NCBI RefSeq assembly: GCF_001194135.2
Contig: NC_068983.1
Span: forward strand, 32,613,417 to 32,677,416
Source: Octopus bimaculoides
Lineage: Eukaryota
Reading direction: 5' to 3'
DNA: 64,000 bases
The notes beneath the pieces are model-generated. The model made no database searches, was not told the DNA's origin, and saw only the letters and a list, made by a program, of their open reading frames with translations. Shown here in pieces: positions 1 to 11,727 of this stretch; positions within the stretch are counted from its first letter, which is position 1, and the number at the start of each line of letters is the position of its first letter. A program made the position numbers and the translations under genes.

Positions 1-44
1 ATTTGAATGAAATTGGTTGCGTAGTTCTCGAGTTTTAGGGATTC

Positions 45-46
45 AC

Positions 47-101
<55 letters not shown>

Positions 102-110
102 CACATTCTC

Positions 111-150
<40 letters not shown>
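45..150. repeat. (ACAG)n followed by (AT)n microsatellites
   Basis: Directly visible tandem repeats. Confidence 0.95.
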
Positions 151-155
<5 letters not shown>

Positions 156-294
156 TAAATGCACAACCGAAGGAGCCACTAATATTTTCATGCTGTTATG
201 ATACTTGGACAGGCATACTTATAGAGTATGTTATGTATCTTAAAGTAATCCTTGAGGCTCTGTTTATGCGTTATATATATATTTTTAAAAAGAA

Positions 295-720
295 GGACGC
301 TTCATCACTCCAAACAATCTATGTTGGGAATTGTTCATGCTCTCACATCTTGCGAAGTGAGAGCATGGACTATACTTGGAATGTAACATTTCCAATGACT
401 GCTCTTTAAAATGCAATGGATGTTTAATTTTGAAATTCTTAACTCAAGACTCACTTCCTGCAAAGATTTTTGATTTTAGTACTACTTCTTGAGTTGGGTG
501 AGTCGTCGGTCTCCACATTTTCCCTAAACGCCCTAGACATTCTGGACATTTCCCATCTGATTCAAACTGATCTCTTATTCGAGTGATGGTAAATCGCATA
601 TGTGGATCTGTTTCCCTCTTAAACTGTTTTTGCCCTTGTTTTGCATTTTCAACCTTCTGTAACACTTTTGCATAAATTTCCTTTGGTAAGAGTTTAGTCC
701 GGCTTCCTTTATTACATCTA
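295..720 (-). mobile_element. Tc1/mariner-superfamily transposase remnant (N-terminal HTH to first catalytic Asp), frameshifted
   Basis: Minus-strand translation gives KVENAKQGQKQFKRETDPHMRFTITRIRDQFESDG, then IHCILKSSHWKCYIPSIVHAL and, after a frameshift, IVWSDEA (the WSDE motif with the first D of the DDD/E triad). Stops and frameshifts are present. Confidence 0.75.
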
Positions 721-784
721 ATGTGTTAAATCTACACAGAAATGAAAATGAAGTCAGCTATATGCGTGTGCGTGTGTGCATGTG

Positions 785-825
<41 letters not shown>

Positions 826-1186
826 AAGTTTGGGCAATTTAACGACACAGATGTTTTTCTCTGGTCCACTCGATCCTTCCCTTTTTTCCTCTTCTCTAGA
901 CTTTTACCCTTGTTGTTGTTGTTGTTGTTGTTGTTATTATTATTATTATTATTATTATAGTGGTGAAAAAAACCTATGGCCAGCTACTTAGACTAAAATA
1001 CAAAAAGATTGCAAAAAGATAGATCTGAGAGTGAATAAAAATATTTAATCTATAATCGTTCGTCTGATTTCCCGTTCAGGCATAAGCTAAACAATATATA
1101 TTTGTCAGAACAGATTAANNNNNNNNNNNNNNNNNNNNNNNNNNNNNNNNNNNNNNNNNNNNNNNNNNNNNNNNNNNNNNNNNNNN

Positions 1187-1234
<48 letters not shown>

Positions 1235-2255
1235 GCGTGTGCATGCGTGTATGTGTGTGTATCGTTATCTTCTCGTATTAGTGTACTGAATTTTTATAAA
1301 TCCTCAATTGTTTTTCTTTTTATCGGACAGCTTTTTAATTGAGTCATAAATTGTAATTAAATCTCCATAAAAAATAATTTACTATAGGAAAAATAATTAC
1401 TTGCACTTGATATTTCTACTCAAAGTATGTTTAGTACAGAATGTATAAACAGGACATGTTAATGCTAAATAATAGTTTACCCATAGAGAATATAAAGAGA
1501 GTTAAATCATTGTCTTTTAAAAACTACTTAAGAAGACGAACATTCTTAAAAAGTCATTGATTTCTGGATGTGTATTCGCTAGCTGTATATAAGTGGAACA
1601 AGTCTGCTTGCGGGAGTCCATTTTCTTATTATACAAATCCACATGAATTTGTTTCGTCACGACGATCTATAAGAATACTCACCAATGTTACTAGACTACT
1701 GGGCTATAAAATGAGATGTGTCAGTGCCGGATTCAGAATTCATTAGCGTCGAGTTTGTTACCAAACCAGCTTCTCCATATTACAGTCCTCACCGTCTGAA
1801 GCTCTGATATTTTTATGTGGAATTAAAGAAACTCCGTTGCATTATCAATAAAATAAATCTACATAGAAAACATAATCCATTTTTGTTTTCCAATTCATTT
1901 TCAAGATAGGAACTAGTATATTCTGATTCCGTAATAGAGATTCATTGAGAAGTACGGTGTTTAAATTCTAGTTTTAAAATATCCTTTGACAATCTTTGAC
2001 GGAAATTTTTGATGTAAGTGCATTTCATTCGTTTGTTTAATATTCTTTTTGTTTTCATATTCATTAAGAGATCAATGTTCGTGCCAAGTGTTAATGGACA
2101 AAACTGAGATAATACAGGACTACAAAGGGGCATCGTGAACTTCATGATTTATCCTCAAATAAAATCAACCACAGCAACGTAGTTAGTCCATTGTAGATTC
2201 TTTCAATAATTGGCTTCGCGCCCAATTAGAGTAAATCAATATTACAATTTAAACA

Positions 2256-2446
2256 GAGGCTGCAAGCTAGCAGAATCAGTACCGTGTTTCTCTCGACTTT
2301 AGGTTCGGAGTTCAAATGACGCCGTTGTCCAAGTTAGCTTTCATCCTTTCAGAGTCGATATAATAAGTACCAGCTGAGCACTGGGTTGGATATAATCGAC
2401 TTAATCCCTTCCCCGAAATTATTGACCTTGTGCCAAAATTTGAAAT
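2256..2446 (+). mobile_element. tRNA-derived SINE, family A (most abundant family in the window), with 22-bp TSD
   Basis: Head GCAAGCTAGCAGAATC, B-box-like GAGTTCAAAT, central CTTTCATCCTTTC..GTCGAT..AAGTACCAG and tail CCTTGTGCCAAAATTTGAAA are shared with more than 10 other copies in the window. AAATCAATATTACAATTTAAAC is duplicated at 2233-2254 and 2443-2464. Confidence 0.85.
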
Positions 2447-2989
2447 CAATATTACAATTTAAACTGGAAACCTAAATTACGAACGGATAGAGTATTATAC
2501 GTAAATCCCAGCAGTGACATACTAGTTTCTATGTTGGATCATAAGAGCCGTGCTGAAATCCTGAAGAAATCTTCCAGTTATCTGCTCCAATCTCGTTGGA
2601 AGTTTTCTACTAAAAATTAACAGATTACAAAACAACCACCCCTTTAACAGTACTACTGTTGCTTATAGCTGCTAATTAGAATATTTACCAATTTGTAGTC
2701 TTTGTCATTTAGTGCCAGGCTAACAGTATAATGTTCCAACAGAATCAGATTATGATTGTAAGGCAAAAGCTTGAACTAACACTTCATGAATATAATACGC
2801 TTCAATGTATTACATAAACGTAGAATATATATATATTTTATAATTATAGCAAGGGCTTAGCTAGTGCCTCACCACGCTCTGAAAAATAGACGCCAAAAGA
2901 CACTATTACCACCATAAATTTTCTGAGAAAAACACGCTACATAATAAGCTAGTAGAAGAGAGAAAATGAATTAAAACTTTGGTTAACCG

Positions 2990-3085
2990 CGTGCATGATC
3001 GTGTTTCAGGCTTCAAGTAATAAAAAACATTACCTATTGCCTTCATCAGCGTCGGTGAGGCATTACCTATTGCCTTCGTCAGCGT
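2990..3085 (-). ncRNA. Hammerhead-ribozyme-like motif at the PLE 3' end, with the 5' half tandemly duplicated
   Basis: Minus strand CTGATGA-AGGC(aatAGGTAAT gtttttt ATTACTTgaa)GCCT-GAAA-C. A second CTGACGAAGGCAATAGGTAATG lies just upstream. Stems I and III are not clearly resolved. Confidence 0.5.
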
Positions 3086-3500
3086 GGTGTGGTGGTGTGT
3101 GGTGTGGTGTGGTGGGTACTGGGAAGTGGTCAATGCTAGTGTGTGCAGGGTGGTGCGATGTGGTGGTGTGGTATGATCATGTGTGGTGTGTTGTGTGTTG
3201 TGTTGTGGTGTGATGGCGTGGTGTGGTGGTGTGGTGATGTGTAGTATGTTGTGTTGTGGTGTGGTGTTGTGTGGTGGTGTGTAGTGTGGTAGTGTGTGGT
3301 GCGGTATGGCAAGATGTGGTGTGGGGGTTGAAAGGGTGGTGTGCGAGTTGGGGTGAGGGTGTGGGGGTAGGGTGGGGTGTNNNNNNNNNNNNNNNNNNNA
3401 GGGGTGGGATGTGAGGGTGGGGTGGAGCATGTGGGAGTGGAATGGGAGTGGGATGAGATGTATAGGAATGGTGGGTTGGGATGTGTAGGGGTGGGGTTGT
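3083..3500. repeat. Degenerate (TGGTG/GTGT)n G+T-rich simple repeat within the PLE 3' region
   Basis: Directly visible; includes a 19-nt N gap. Confidence 0.9.
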
Positions 3501-3602
3501 GATGGAGTGGGTGACGGTGAAGGGAGAGGGTGGAGAGGAGAAGGTGGTTAGGAGTGAAAAGAGGAAGTAGGTGTCAGAGCAAGAGAGGAAAGAGGAGGGG
3601 AG

Positions 3603-3895
3603 TTAGATGAAGAGGGAAGGGGGTTGAGTCCATATGGCGCAAAGGAGCGAAGAGAGAAGATTGTTTCTTGTTCACGGCGAAGATAGGAGTCCGGATAGCA
3701 CCTGAGCAAGGACAATTCGAACACAAACAGCTGTTGTAAAGAATGACTGTTAGAGCGGAAATGGCGCGAGACTGAGGTGTCGTTGCCGAGTCTGATACCT
3801 CGGAGGTGCTCCGCGAACCGGTCAACCAGGCGGTGTCCCGTTTGACCGATGTACAGAGAAGGACAGAGAGAGCAAGAGATGCAGTAAATGACGTT
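3603..3895 (-). pseudogene. GIY-YIG endonuclease domain of the PLE
   Basis: Translation NVIYCISCSLCPSLYIGQTGHRLVDRFAEHLRGIRLG...RREQETIFSLRSFAPYGLNPFPFI* matches the PLE VIY-CxxC-YIG..R..EH..E..GLN pattern. Confidence 0.9.
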
Positions 3896-6552
3896 GCTAG
3901 AGGTGCAGGTGAAGAGTCAGTGATATGATAGGGTCGATGAAGGGTGTTGGTGAGGTAGGGGCAAGTGCAGCAGCGTGGGGGGAGCAGGGGAATGAGCCGG
4001 GTTGGGAGGTGGGGTTAGGGAAGAAACTGTGGACCAAGAAGTCACGTAGGTTGTGGGCTCGTTTGAAGGAGGGGTAGGTTAGGGAAGATGTGCGAAGTGA
4101 GGGGTCGGACAGGAGTCGCCGGAAGGCTCGGAGAATGGTGCGTTGGAGAGGTAGGGTGGAGGGGTGGTAGGTGAGGGGAAACGGGAGACGAGTGACGGCA
4201 GGACAGGTGCAGGGAGAGAGAGAGAGAGGGAGAGCAGATGTACGGTCCACAAAACATGCTCTGGCAAGGGCGATGTGGATAGTGGTGAGGGGATATCCAC
4301 GAAAGATGAAGTGGCGAGCCATGAGTTGAGACTGAATCTCAACGTCATGGTTGTCACTGCAGAGCCTGCGCAGACGAGGTAATTGGGAGTAGGGGATGGA
4401 GAGCTTGGTGTGATTAGGGTGGGAGAAGGAGAAATTGAGGTATGAGTGTAAATTCGGAAGTGAATGGAAGTGGTGATGAATGCTGATCGAATTGGCGAGA
4501 AAGGTGATAGAAGTGTTAGAAATCGTGCAAGAGAATTCGAGGGCAGGATGGAAAGATTTGACAAAGGAGAGGAAGGAGTCTAGTTGTTCGTGGGAGAGTG
4601 AGGTCGCACTGATACATTCTTCAATATAACGACTGTATAATTCGGGAGTGGGACCAGTGAATCTTGAGAATATTTACGCCTCAGCGTAGCCAACGAACAG
4701 GTTCGCATAGTTGGGGCCCATTCTCGTGGCCACTCCCGAGATCTGTTAGTAATAATCACTCGCGAACGAGAAGCATTTAAGGGAGAGAACAAGTCCGGCG
4801 AGACGAAGAAGTGTGGACGTGTAAGGTTGGGGGTGAGGTCGAAGGTCAAGGTAGTGTTTGAGGACAAGAAGCTACTCGTGGTGTGGGATCACCGTTTAAA
4901 GGCTCTTGATGTCAAAAGTGAAGAGAAGTTTAGAGGGGCCAGGAGAGAAGGAGAAAGAGTTGAACAGACGAAGAGCCTGGTTAGTGTCATGGATGTGAGA
5001 GGGGAGGGAAGCCACTAGGGGGGGGGAACAATATGGTCAAGATATTTGGAGATGAGTTCTGTGGGGAGTTGCAGGCGGAGACGATGGAGCGGCCAGGGTT
5101 GTTAGGTTTGTGGATTTTGAGAGGAAGTTAATAGTGGGGAGGCGAGGAGTGCGGACAATGAGGTTGGAGACCGTGGGGGAGACGGGGAGAAGAGATGAGN
5201 NNNNNNNNNNNNNNNNNNNNNNNNNNNNNNNNNNNNNNNNNNNNNNNNNNNNNNNNNNNNNNNNNNNNNNNNNNNNNNNNNNNNNNNNNNNNNNNNNNNN
5301 NNNNNNNNNNNNNNNNNNNNNNNNNNNNNNNNNNNNNNNNNNNNNNNNNNNNNNNNNNNNNNNNNNNNNNNNNNNNNNNNNNNNNNNNNNNNNNNNNNNN
5401 NNNNNNNNNNNNNNNNNNNNNNNNNNNNNNNNNNNNNNNNNNNNNNNNNNNNNNNNNNNNNNNNNNNNNNNNNNNNNNNNNNNNNNNNNNNNNNNNNNNN
5501 NNNNNNNNNNNNNNNNNNNNNNNNNNNNNNNNNNNNNNNNNNNNNNNNNNNNNNNNNNNNNNNNNNNNNNNNNNNNNNNNNNNNNNNNNNNNNNNNNNNN
5601 NNNNNNNNNNNNNNNNNNNNNNNNNNNNNNNNNNNNNNNNNNNNNNNNNNNNNNNNNNNNNNNNNNNNNNNNNNNNNNNNNNNNNNNNNNNNNNNNNNNN
5701 NNNNNNNNNNNNNNGGTGTGTGTGTGTGGTGGGGGGTTGGATCGATGGGGCGTTTGGTGAGGGTGAGCGTATCAGGGAAGGAGAGAAGTAGGTGAGGAGT
5801 TGGGATAGTGGCATGAGGTGTGATGGAATGGAGGAGTGAGTGGAGTTTACGTTGTTTGGTGTGAGCGAGAAATTGATTTAAATGGATTTAAATGGATTAT
5901 GCAACGTAAAGGGGAGTGTGCATGGAAGGGCGACTGAGAGGAGAAGATGGAAAAGCGAGAGGGAGAAGGCAGTCGATGGCGTGTATTTTGGAGAGATTAG
6001 AACGAGTGGTAGCGCGCATAAGGTGGTAGGAAGTAGTACAGAGTATGGGTAGGATGGCTGAAGCAGAATGGAGAGTGGAGTGGAAATGGAGGTGGAAACC
6101 TTTGAGGATAAGGTGTTGATGAGGGTAGCAAATGAGAAAGGAAACGTGGCTAGAGGAGCGATTTAATTTGTTTTTGAAAAATTGTAGGGAAGGGTTAATA
6201 GAAGGTTGAAAGCAGCGTAAAGGAAATGTGGAAATGTTTTTTTTTAGGCGGTAGTGAAGGTGGAGGAGGAAAGATTTGTAATCGAGCATTATTGAAAAAC
6301 GAGAAGAAAAGAGAAAAGAAAATGGGGGAGAAAAAGGCAAAATAATGACATGCGGAGTATAGAGGATCAAAAGAAATTCAAAAGACTTGGGGAAGAAAAA
6401 TTCAAAAGGTGTGGGGAGAAAAAATTCAAAAGGCGTAAGTAGAAAAAAATACAAGAGATGAGGAGAAGAAAAATAAAAAACAAGGAGAGAAAGAAGGAGG
6501 GAGAAGGAAGAAGCATAGAAAAGGAGAAGGGAAGACAAAAAGGAAAAATAAA

Positions 6553-6556
<4 letters not shown>

Positions 6557-6611
<55 letters not shown>

Positions 6612-6871
6612 GTAAAGTAAAAATGTGCGGACTGAGAGAAAACAGAGTAAGAAAAAAACGAACAAAGGGCGACAGTAGGAAATAACAGAAAGTACAAAAA
6701 ATGTTCAAAAAAGTTCAAAAGGCTCAAACGTCGTGGTGTATTGGAGAGAAATCGCTCCAATGCACCAAGACGTTTGAACCTTTTGAAATTCCTTCGTTTT
6801 TTTCTTACTCTGTTTTCTCTCAATCTGCACATTGTTACTTTGCCTCTCTCTATCTCTCTCTCTCTGTCTGT
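6557..6871. repeat. Nested inverted repeat (fold-back) upstream of the PLE
   Basis: Outer arms 6611-6662 / 6793-6844 (about 4 mismatches in 52 bp, extended by (GA)n/(TC)n). Inner arms 6714-6746 / 6755-6787 (3 mismatches in 33 bp) with an 8-nt loop. Confidence 0.85.
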
Positions 6872-7435
6872 NNNNNNNNNNNNNNNNNNNNNNNNNNNNN
6901 NNNNNNNNNNNNNNNNNNNNNNNNNNNNNNNNNNNNNNNNNNNNNNNNNNNNNNNNNNNNNNNNNNNNNNNNNNNNNNNNNNNNNNNNNNNNNNNNNNNN
7001 NNNNNNNNNNNNNNNNNNNNNNNNNNNNNNNNNNNNNNNNNNNNNNNNNNNNNNNNNNNNNNNNNNNNNNNNNNNNNNNNNNNNNNNNNNNNNNNNNNNN
7101 NNNNNNNNNNNNNNNNNNNNNNNNNNNNNNNNNNNNNNNNNNNNNNNNNNNNNNNNNNNNNNNNNNNNNNNNNNNNNNNNNNNNNNNNNNNNNNNNNNNN
7201 NNNNNNNNNNNNNNNNNNNNNNNNNNNNNNNNNNNNNNNNNNNNNNNNNNNNNNNNNNNNNNNNNNNNNNNNNNNNNNNNNNNNNNNNNNNNNNNNNNNN
7301 NNNNNNNNNNNNNNNNNNNNNNNNNNNNNNNNNNNNNNNNNNNNNNNNNNNNNNNNNNNNNNNNNNNNNNNNNNNNNNNNNNNNNNNNNNNNNNNNNNNN
7401 NNNNNNNNNNNNNNNNNNNNNNNNNNNNNNNNNNN

Positions 7436-7477
<42 letters not shown>

Positions 7478-8227
7478 CTCACACACACACACACCAGATA
7501 CACACTCATAGGTGACTTATATGCAGTGAAACTTTTTGTCCCACTCACTTCTTAGGATCATAATGACGATTAAACTTTCTGACATGGTACAGACGAATAA
7601 AGAAACACATCTAATGACAAAAAGCGAAGGGCATGTACATTAGTTTTATACCTTGACTGTTCAGTGTCAATAAGTAAGATCTCTCGGGGTTGACGTTACT
7701 TTTGTAAATGAATCATGCTTTTTAGTCAATAAATACTCAATCTAACAGAAGAAATCTAAAGTAAACATCATGAGCGGACCCACCTGGTATAAGAATATAA
7801 ATGTATTCATAGTACTTGAATCTTAATCTGTTTCATCGATTCCAGAAGAATGGAAAGCAAAGTTCACCTCGAACAGAAATTCTAGAGATATATTGTGGGG
7901 TGCTTTAGCTCCTTTAGTCCCTTGTAAGTTCCATTTAGATTCAGCGAATTTAATGGAACTTTTAAATTCGACCAAAAGCTTCAGAATGATGATGAGATAG
8001 AAAGAAGTGATTTCTCTTTCTTACATTTTTATAATTTTTATTATTTTATTTATATATTTTTTTGTCAATCAAGTCTAGAGGATTTTCAAGTTTTAGCTCT
8101 CAAACCATTCCTAAACACATTTCCCATATATGAACCAAATACTGAATGCAGACTAAGATTGATGACACTATAGATATCAATTCTATATGTCTGATTTTGA
8201 TGATTTGCTATGGTTTACACTCTAAAC

Positions 8228-8493
8228 CAGTGATTCCCAAACTTCATCAGGTTTCACCCCCGCCTCGGCACCCGGGCCACATGCCTATCGACCACCTACT
8301 CACCACCACAAATATAGATCACTTTCTGAAACAAATTCAAAACTACTGCATTTCACAAATAAAAAATTTAACCTAATTAACATATTATTTCGCTGATTTT
8401 GGCCATCCCATAATCGCCCCACTTTTATTCAACGCCTCCTTGAACCTTTCCAATGCCCCTAGGGGGCAGTACTACGTAATTTGGGAACTACTG
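8228..8493. mobile_element. Non-autonomous hAT (Charlie-like) MITE
   Basis: Terminal inverted repeats (TIRs) CAGTGATTCCCAAA / TTTGGGAACTACTG and a perfect 8-bp TSD CTCTAAAC at 8220-8227 and 8494-8501. An 8-bp TSD with CAGT termini is typical of hAT elements. Confidence 0.88.
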
Positions 8494-8579
8494 CTCTAAA
8501 CCATTGCAAATTATCAAAATTAAACTTTAGAGACACAGTCTTATAAACACCAGCTAATCATATAAAGTTATATTAGTAC

Positions 8580-8725
8580 GTAGGTTAAGGCTGTGAACTG
8601 GCATTATGTCTGACTTCACGTTCTCAGTTCAAATTCCACGGAGGTCGACTTTGTCTTTCATCCTTTCGCGGTCGATAAATTAAGTATCAGTTGCGTACAG
8701 GATTCGCGGGCCTTGTGCCTGGAGA
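8580..8725 (+). mobile_element. SINE family A, partial
   Basis: CGTTCTCAGTTCAAATTCC..GAGGTCGACTTTGTCTTTCATCCTTTCG..GTCGATAAATTAAGTA core. Confidence 0.75.
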
Positions 8726-9863
8726 AGAAAAGTATATTAGTACATCAGCTGATGCATTAAAATAACCACACAAGAAACCCTGCTGTAATTGTCATTTCTT
8801 CTGCTATTTGGTGCTAGCGCTCTCATTGTTACTGCTGTTGCTAATCTTGTAACTGAGCAACAGCTAATTACTACTACTACTACCACCACCGCTTCCACCA
8901 GCTGTAGCATCAGCAGCGACTGCAAGATGCTTAATTCAACAGTCAGCTATAGGAAACTGTGCGTGCAAATAACAGTACATTGGGTTATATGTTTTTTAAC
9001 TGAGTGAAACATCAATTTTGATTGATGTATCGCCGCTGAATATGCTTCCACACTCTCAGATATTGACAGATCTGTGTATATGTTAGACTGTGTATATGCC
9101 TGTATATATATATATATATATATATATATNNNNNNNNNNNNNNNNNNNNNNNNNNNNNNNNNNNNNNNNNNNNNNNNNNNNNNNNNNNNNNNNNNNNNNN
9201 NNNNNNNNNNNNNNNNNNNNNNNNNNNNNNNNNNNNNNNNNNNNNNNNNNNNNNNNNNNNNNNNNNNNNNNNNNNNNNNNNNNNNNNNNNNNNNNNNNNN
9301 NNNNNNNNNNNNNNNNNNNNNNNNNNNNNNNNNNNNNNNNNNNNNNNNNNNNNNNNNNNNNNNNNNNNNNNNNNNNNNNNNNNNNNNNNNNNNNNNNNNN
9401 NNNNNNNNNNNNNNNNNNNNNNNNNNNNNNNNNNNNNNNNNNNNNNNNNNNNNNNNNNNNNNNNNNNNNNNNNNNNNNNNNNNNNNNNNNNNNNNNNNNN
9501 NNNNNNNNNNNNNNNNNNNNNNNNNNNNNNNNNNNNNNNNNNNNNNNNNNNNNNNNNNNNNNNNNNNNNNNNNNNNNNNNNNNNNNNNNNNNNNNNNNNN
9601 NNNNNNNNNNNNNNNNNNNNNNNNNNNNNNNNNNNNNNNNNNNNNNNNNNNNNNNNNNNNNNNNNNNNNNNNNNNNNNNNNNNNNNNNNNNNNNNNNNNN
9701 NNNNNNNNNNNNNNNNNNNNNNNNNNNNNNNNNNNNNNNNNNNNNNNNNNNNNNNNNNNNNNNNNNNNNNNNNNNNNNNNNNNNNNNNNNNNNNNNNNNN
9801 NNNNNNNNNNNNNNNNNNNNNNNNNNNNNNNNNNNNNNNNNNNNNNNNNNNNNNNNNNNNNNN

Positions 9864-9901
<38 letters not shown>

Positions 9902-10079
9902 TGCATATGTGTGTATGTGTACGTATGCATGTATGTGTTTCAAAAACGCGAATATTTAGCGTTGTGATATAGCACAGAGAGAACAAGCAAAAGATTTACT
10001 GATGGTGCGATACTATTAATAGAGTGAAATAAATTGCAGTGAATGAGACATTCGAGTTTCACATATTACACAAGCGCGG

Positions 10080-10830
10080 GTTGTGAGAGGGAAAGCTGTA
10101 AACCAGACTAGCAACAACTCCATCAATGACTTAACTGTTTCCCCTATATCTAATGAGGGATGTTACAGATATCTAGGGGTGGATGAAAACATATCTTATG
10201 GTAGCATCTGTAACAAAACACGTGTCGCTAAAGAGTATTACAGCCAAATAAAGAAAATTTGGACCTCAGAACTCTCTGCGTTCAATAAAACAGTCCCCAA
10301 CAATATGTTTGCAGTGCCGGTACTCATACCAAGATTTGGGCTGCTTGATTGGATGCTTGATGAGATCCGAGCCACTGGTGTGAAAACCCGGAAGATATTA
10401 ACAAGCACATAATTTCCACATCAACAGTGACCGTCTCTACCTAAAATGAAAACAAGGCGGCAGAAGCTTAACATCCATCCAGACTGCCTTTGAATGTCGT
10501 ATCATATCATTTCGAAGAAGAGCTTAAAACTCAAAGAAAAATCATACATACATACATACATACATACATACATACATACATACATACATACATACATACA
10601 TACATACCCTTGCTGTCACTCGCAAGGGAGTGTGACTTGGTCTCTAGTAGCGTGATATCGCTAATTAATTTTGGGGACCTGTGCAACTGCGAGCAGACAT
10701 AGTTAAACCCTCTCAGTCGGCCAATCCCTAACCCAATGGAATATCGAGAGTGTGGCCGCTGGAATGGGAAGAGTACTGCACAAGTACTAGGCCGGTACTC
10801 GTTTACAGTAGACAGTAGAAACGTTAAATG
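10080..10830 (+). mobile_element. R4/Dong-type RLE non-LTR retrotransposon fragment (RT thumb region) plus probable 3' UTR, split by (TACA)n
   Basis: YRYLGVDE..EYYSQIKKIWTSELSAFNK..NMFAVPVLIPRFGLLDW..TRKILT, then DRLYLK*KQGGRSL, paralleling the same region of the copy at 25507-27160. The 3' UTR assignment (10607-10830) is weaker. Confidence 0.75.
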
Positions 10831-10924
10831 ATACAACGCATTGTCAGTTCCAGAAATCGAGTCCATAAGCCTAAAATGCACGATACACACAGAAACACAC
10901 ACACGCACACAAACGCATGCACAC

Positions 10925-10926
10925 TT

Positions 10927-10995
<69 letters not shown>

Positions 10996-11018
10996 GATAG
11001 ACAGACAGAGAGACAGAC

Positions 11019-11073
<55 letters not shown>

Positions 11074-11106
11074 CAGACAGACGGACAGACAGACAATCAA
11101 ACAGAC

Positions 11107-11159
<53 letters not shown>

Positions 11160-11160
11160 C
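10925..11160. repeat. Compound (TC)n(CA)n(AGAC)n(AGAT)n microsatellite
   Basis: Directly visible. Confidence 0.95.
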
Positions 11161-11479
11161 AGAGCAGATACTAATATAAGTGAAGGGCAGATGGCAAATC
11201 CGACTTCAATAGTTACTTAATAATTATTCAATAAGTAAACAATTTGAAAGCGACCGATTCCCTTTAAACGTTTGCTTTCAGAACAACTCAAATGAAAATC
11301 CCGGTAATGGTAAGCAATTCTGCTCGAGCGACTTGTATAGATACTCATCGTCATTTTTTACAATTTCCTCCAGCTGGATATTTGTCACATTTTGATAAGG
11401 CATCGCCATATATTATCGAAATACATTATGAGAAATATGAGAAAAGCACAAAATAAATATAAAGCAAAATATTGGTTTA

Positions 11480-11690
11480 AAAGTTTTCACAAGGCCAGCA
11501 ATTTCGTGGGAAGCGGGCGAAGTCGATTCCAGCAGGCCTAGTGCTCATTTGGTACTTATTTTATGGACTCCGATAGGATGGAGGGGAAAAGTGGACCTCG
11601 GTGGAATTTGACTCCGAGCGTCAAGTCCGAAGAAATGCCGCAAAGTGTTTTTCTCTGACGCCCTAACGATTATGCCAGCTCGCTGCCCCG
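11480..11690 (-). mobile_element. SINE family A
   Basis: Reverse complement of the family A consensus (CAAGGCCAGCAATTT..GGTACTTATTT..GACCTCGGTGGAATTTGA..GCCAGCTCGCTGCC). Confidence 0.8.
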
Positions 11691-11727
11691 GATAAACGTA
11701 ATCTGTATATCTATAAAAGGCAGGATG

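Larger units (their letters stand above)
2985..6320 (-). mobile_element. Penelope-like retroelement (PLE), near full-length but decayed, interrupted by N gaps
   Basis: Minus strand, in order: N-terminal region (..LILKGFHLHFHSTL..); RT motifs LFTFDIKSL*TVIPHH, GVA-TRMGPNYANLFVGY and RYIEEC; linker (MARHFIFRGYP, LPFPLTYHP, FKRAHNLRDFLVHS); GIY-YIG domain; then a CA-rich simple repeat and a hammerhead-like motif. Confidence 0.9.

Noticed and set aside
8737-9007. Gly/Ser/Thr-rich ORFs that look like a low-complexity exon
   Set aside because: Driven by (CTA)n/(CCA)n triplets; the alternative frame hits a stop quickly and there is no homology cue.
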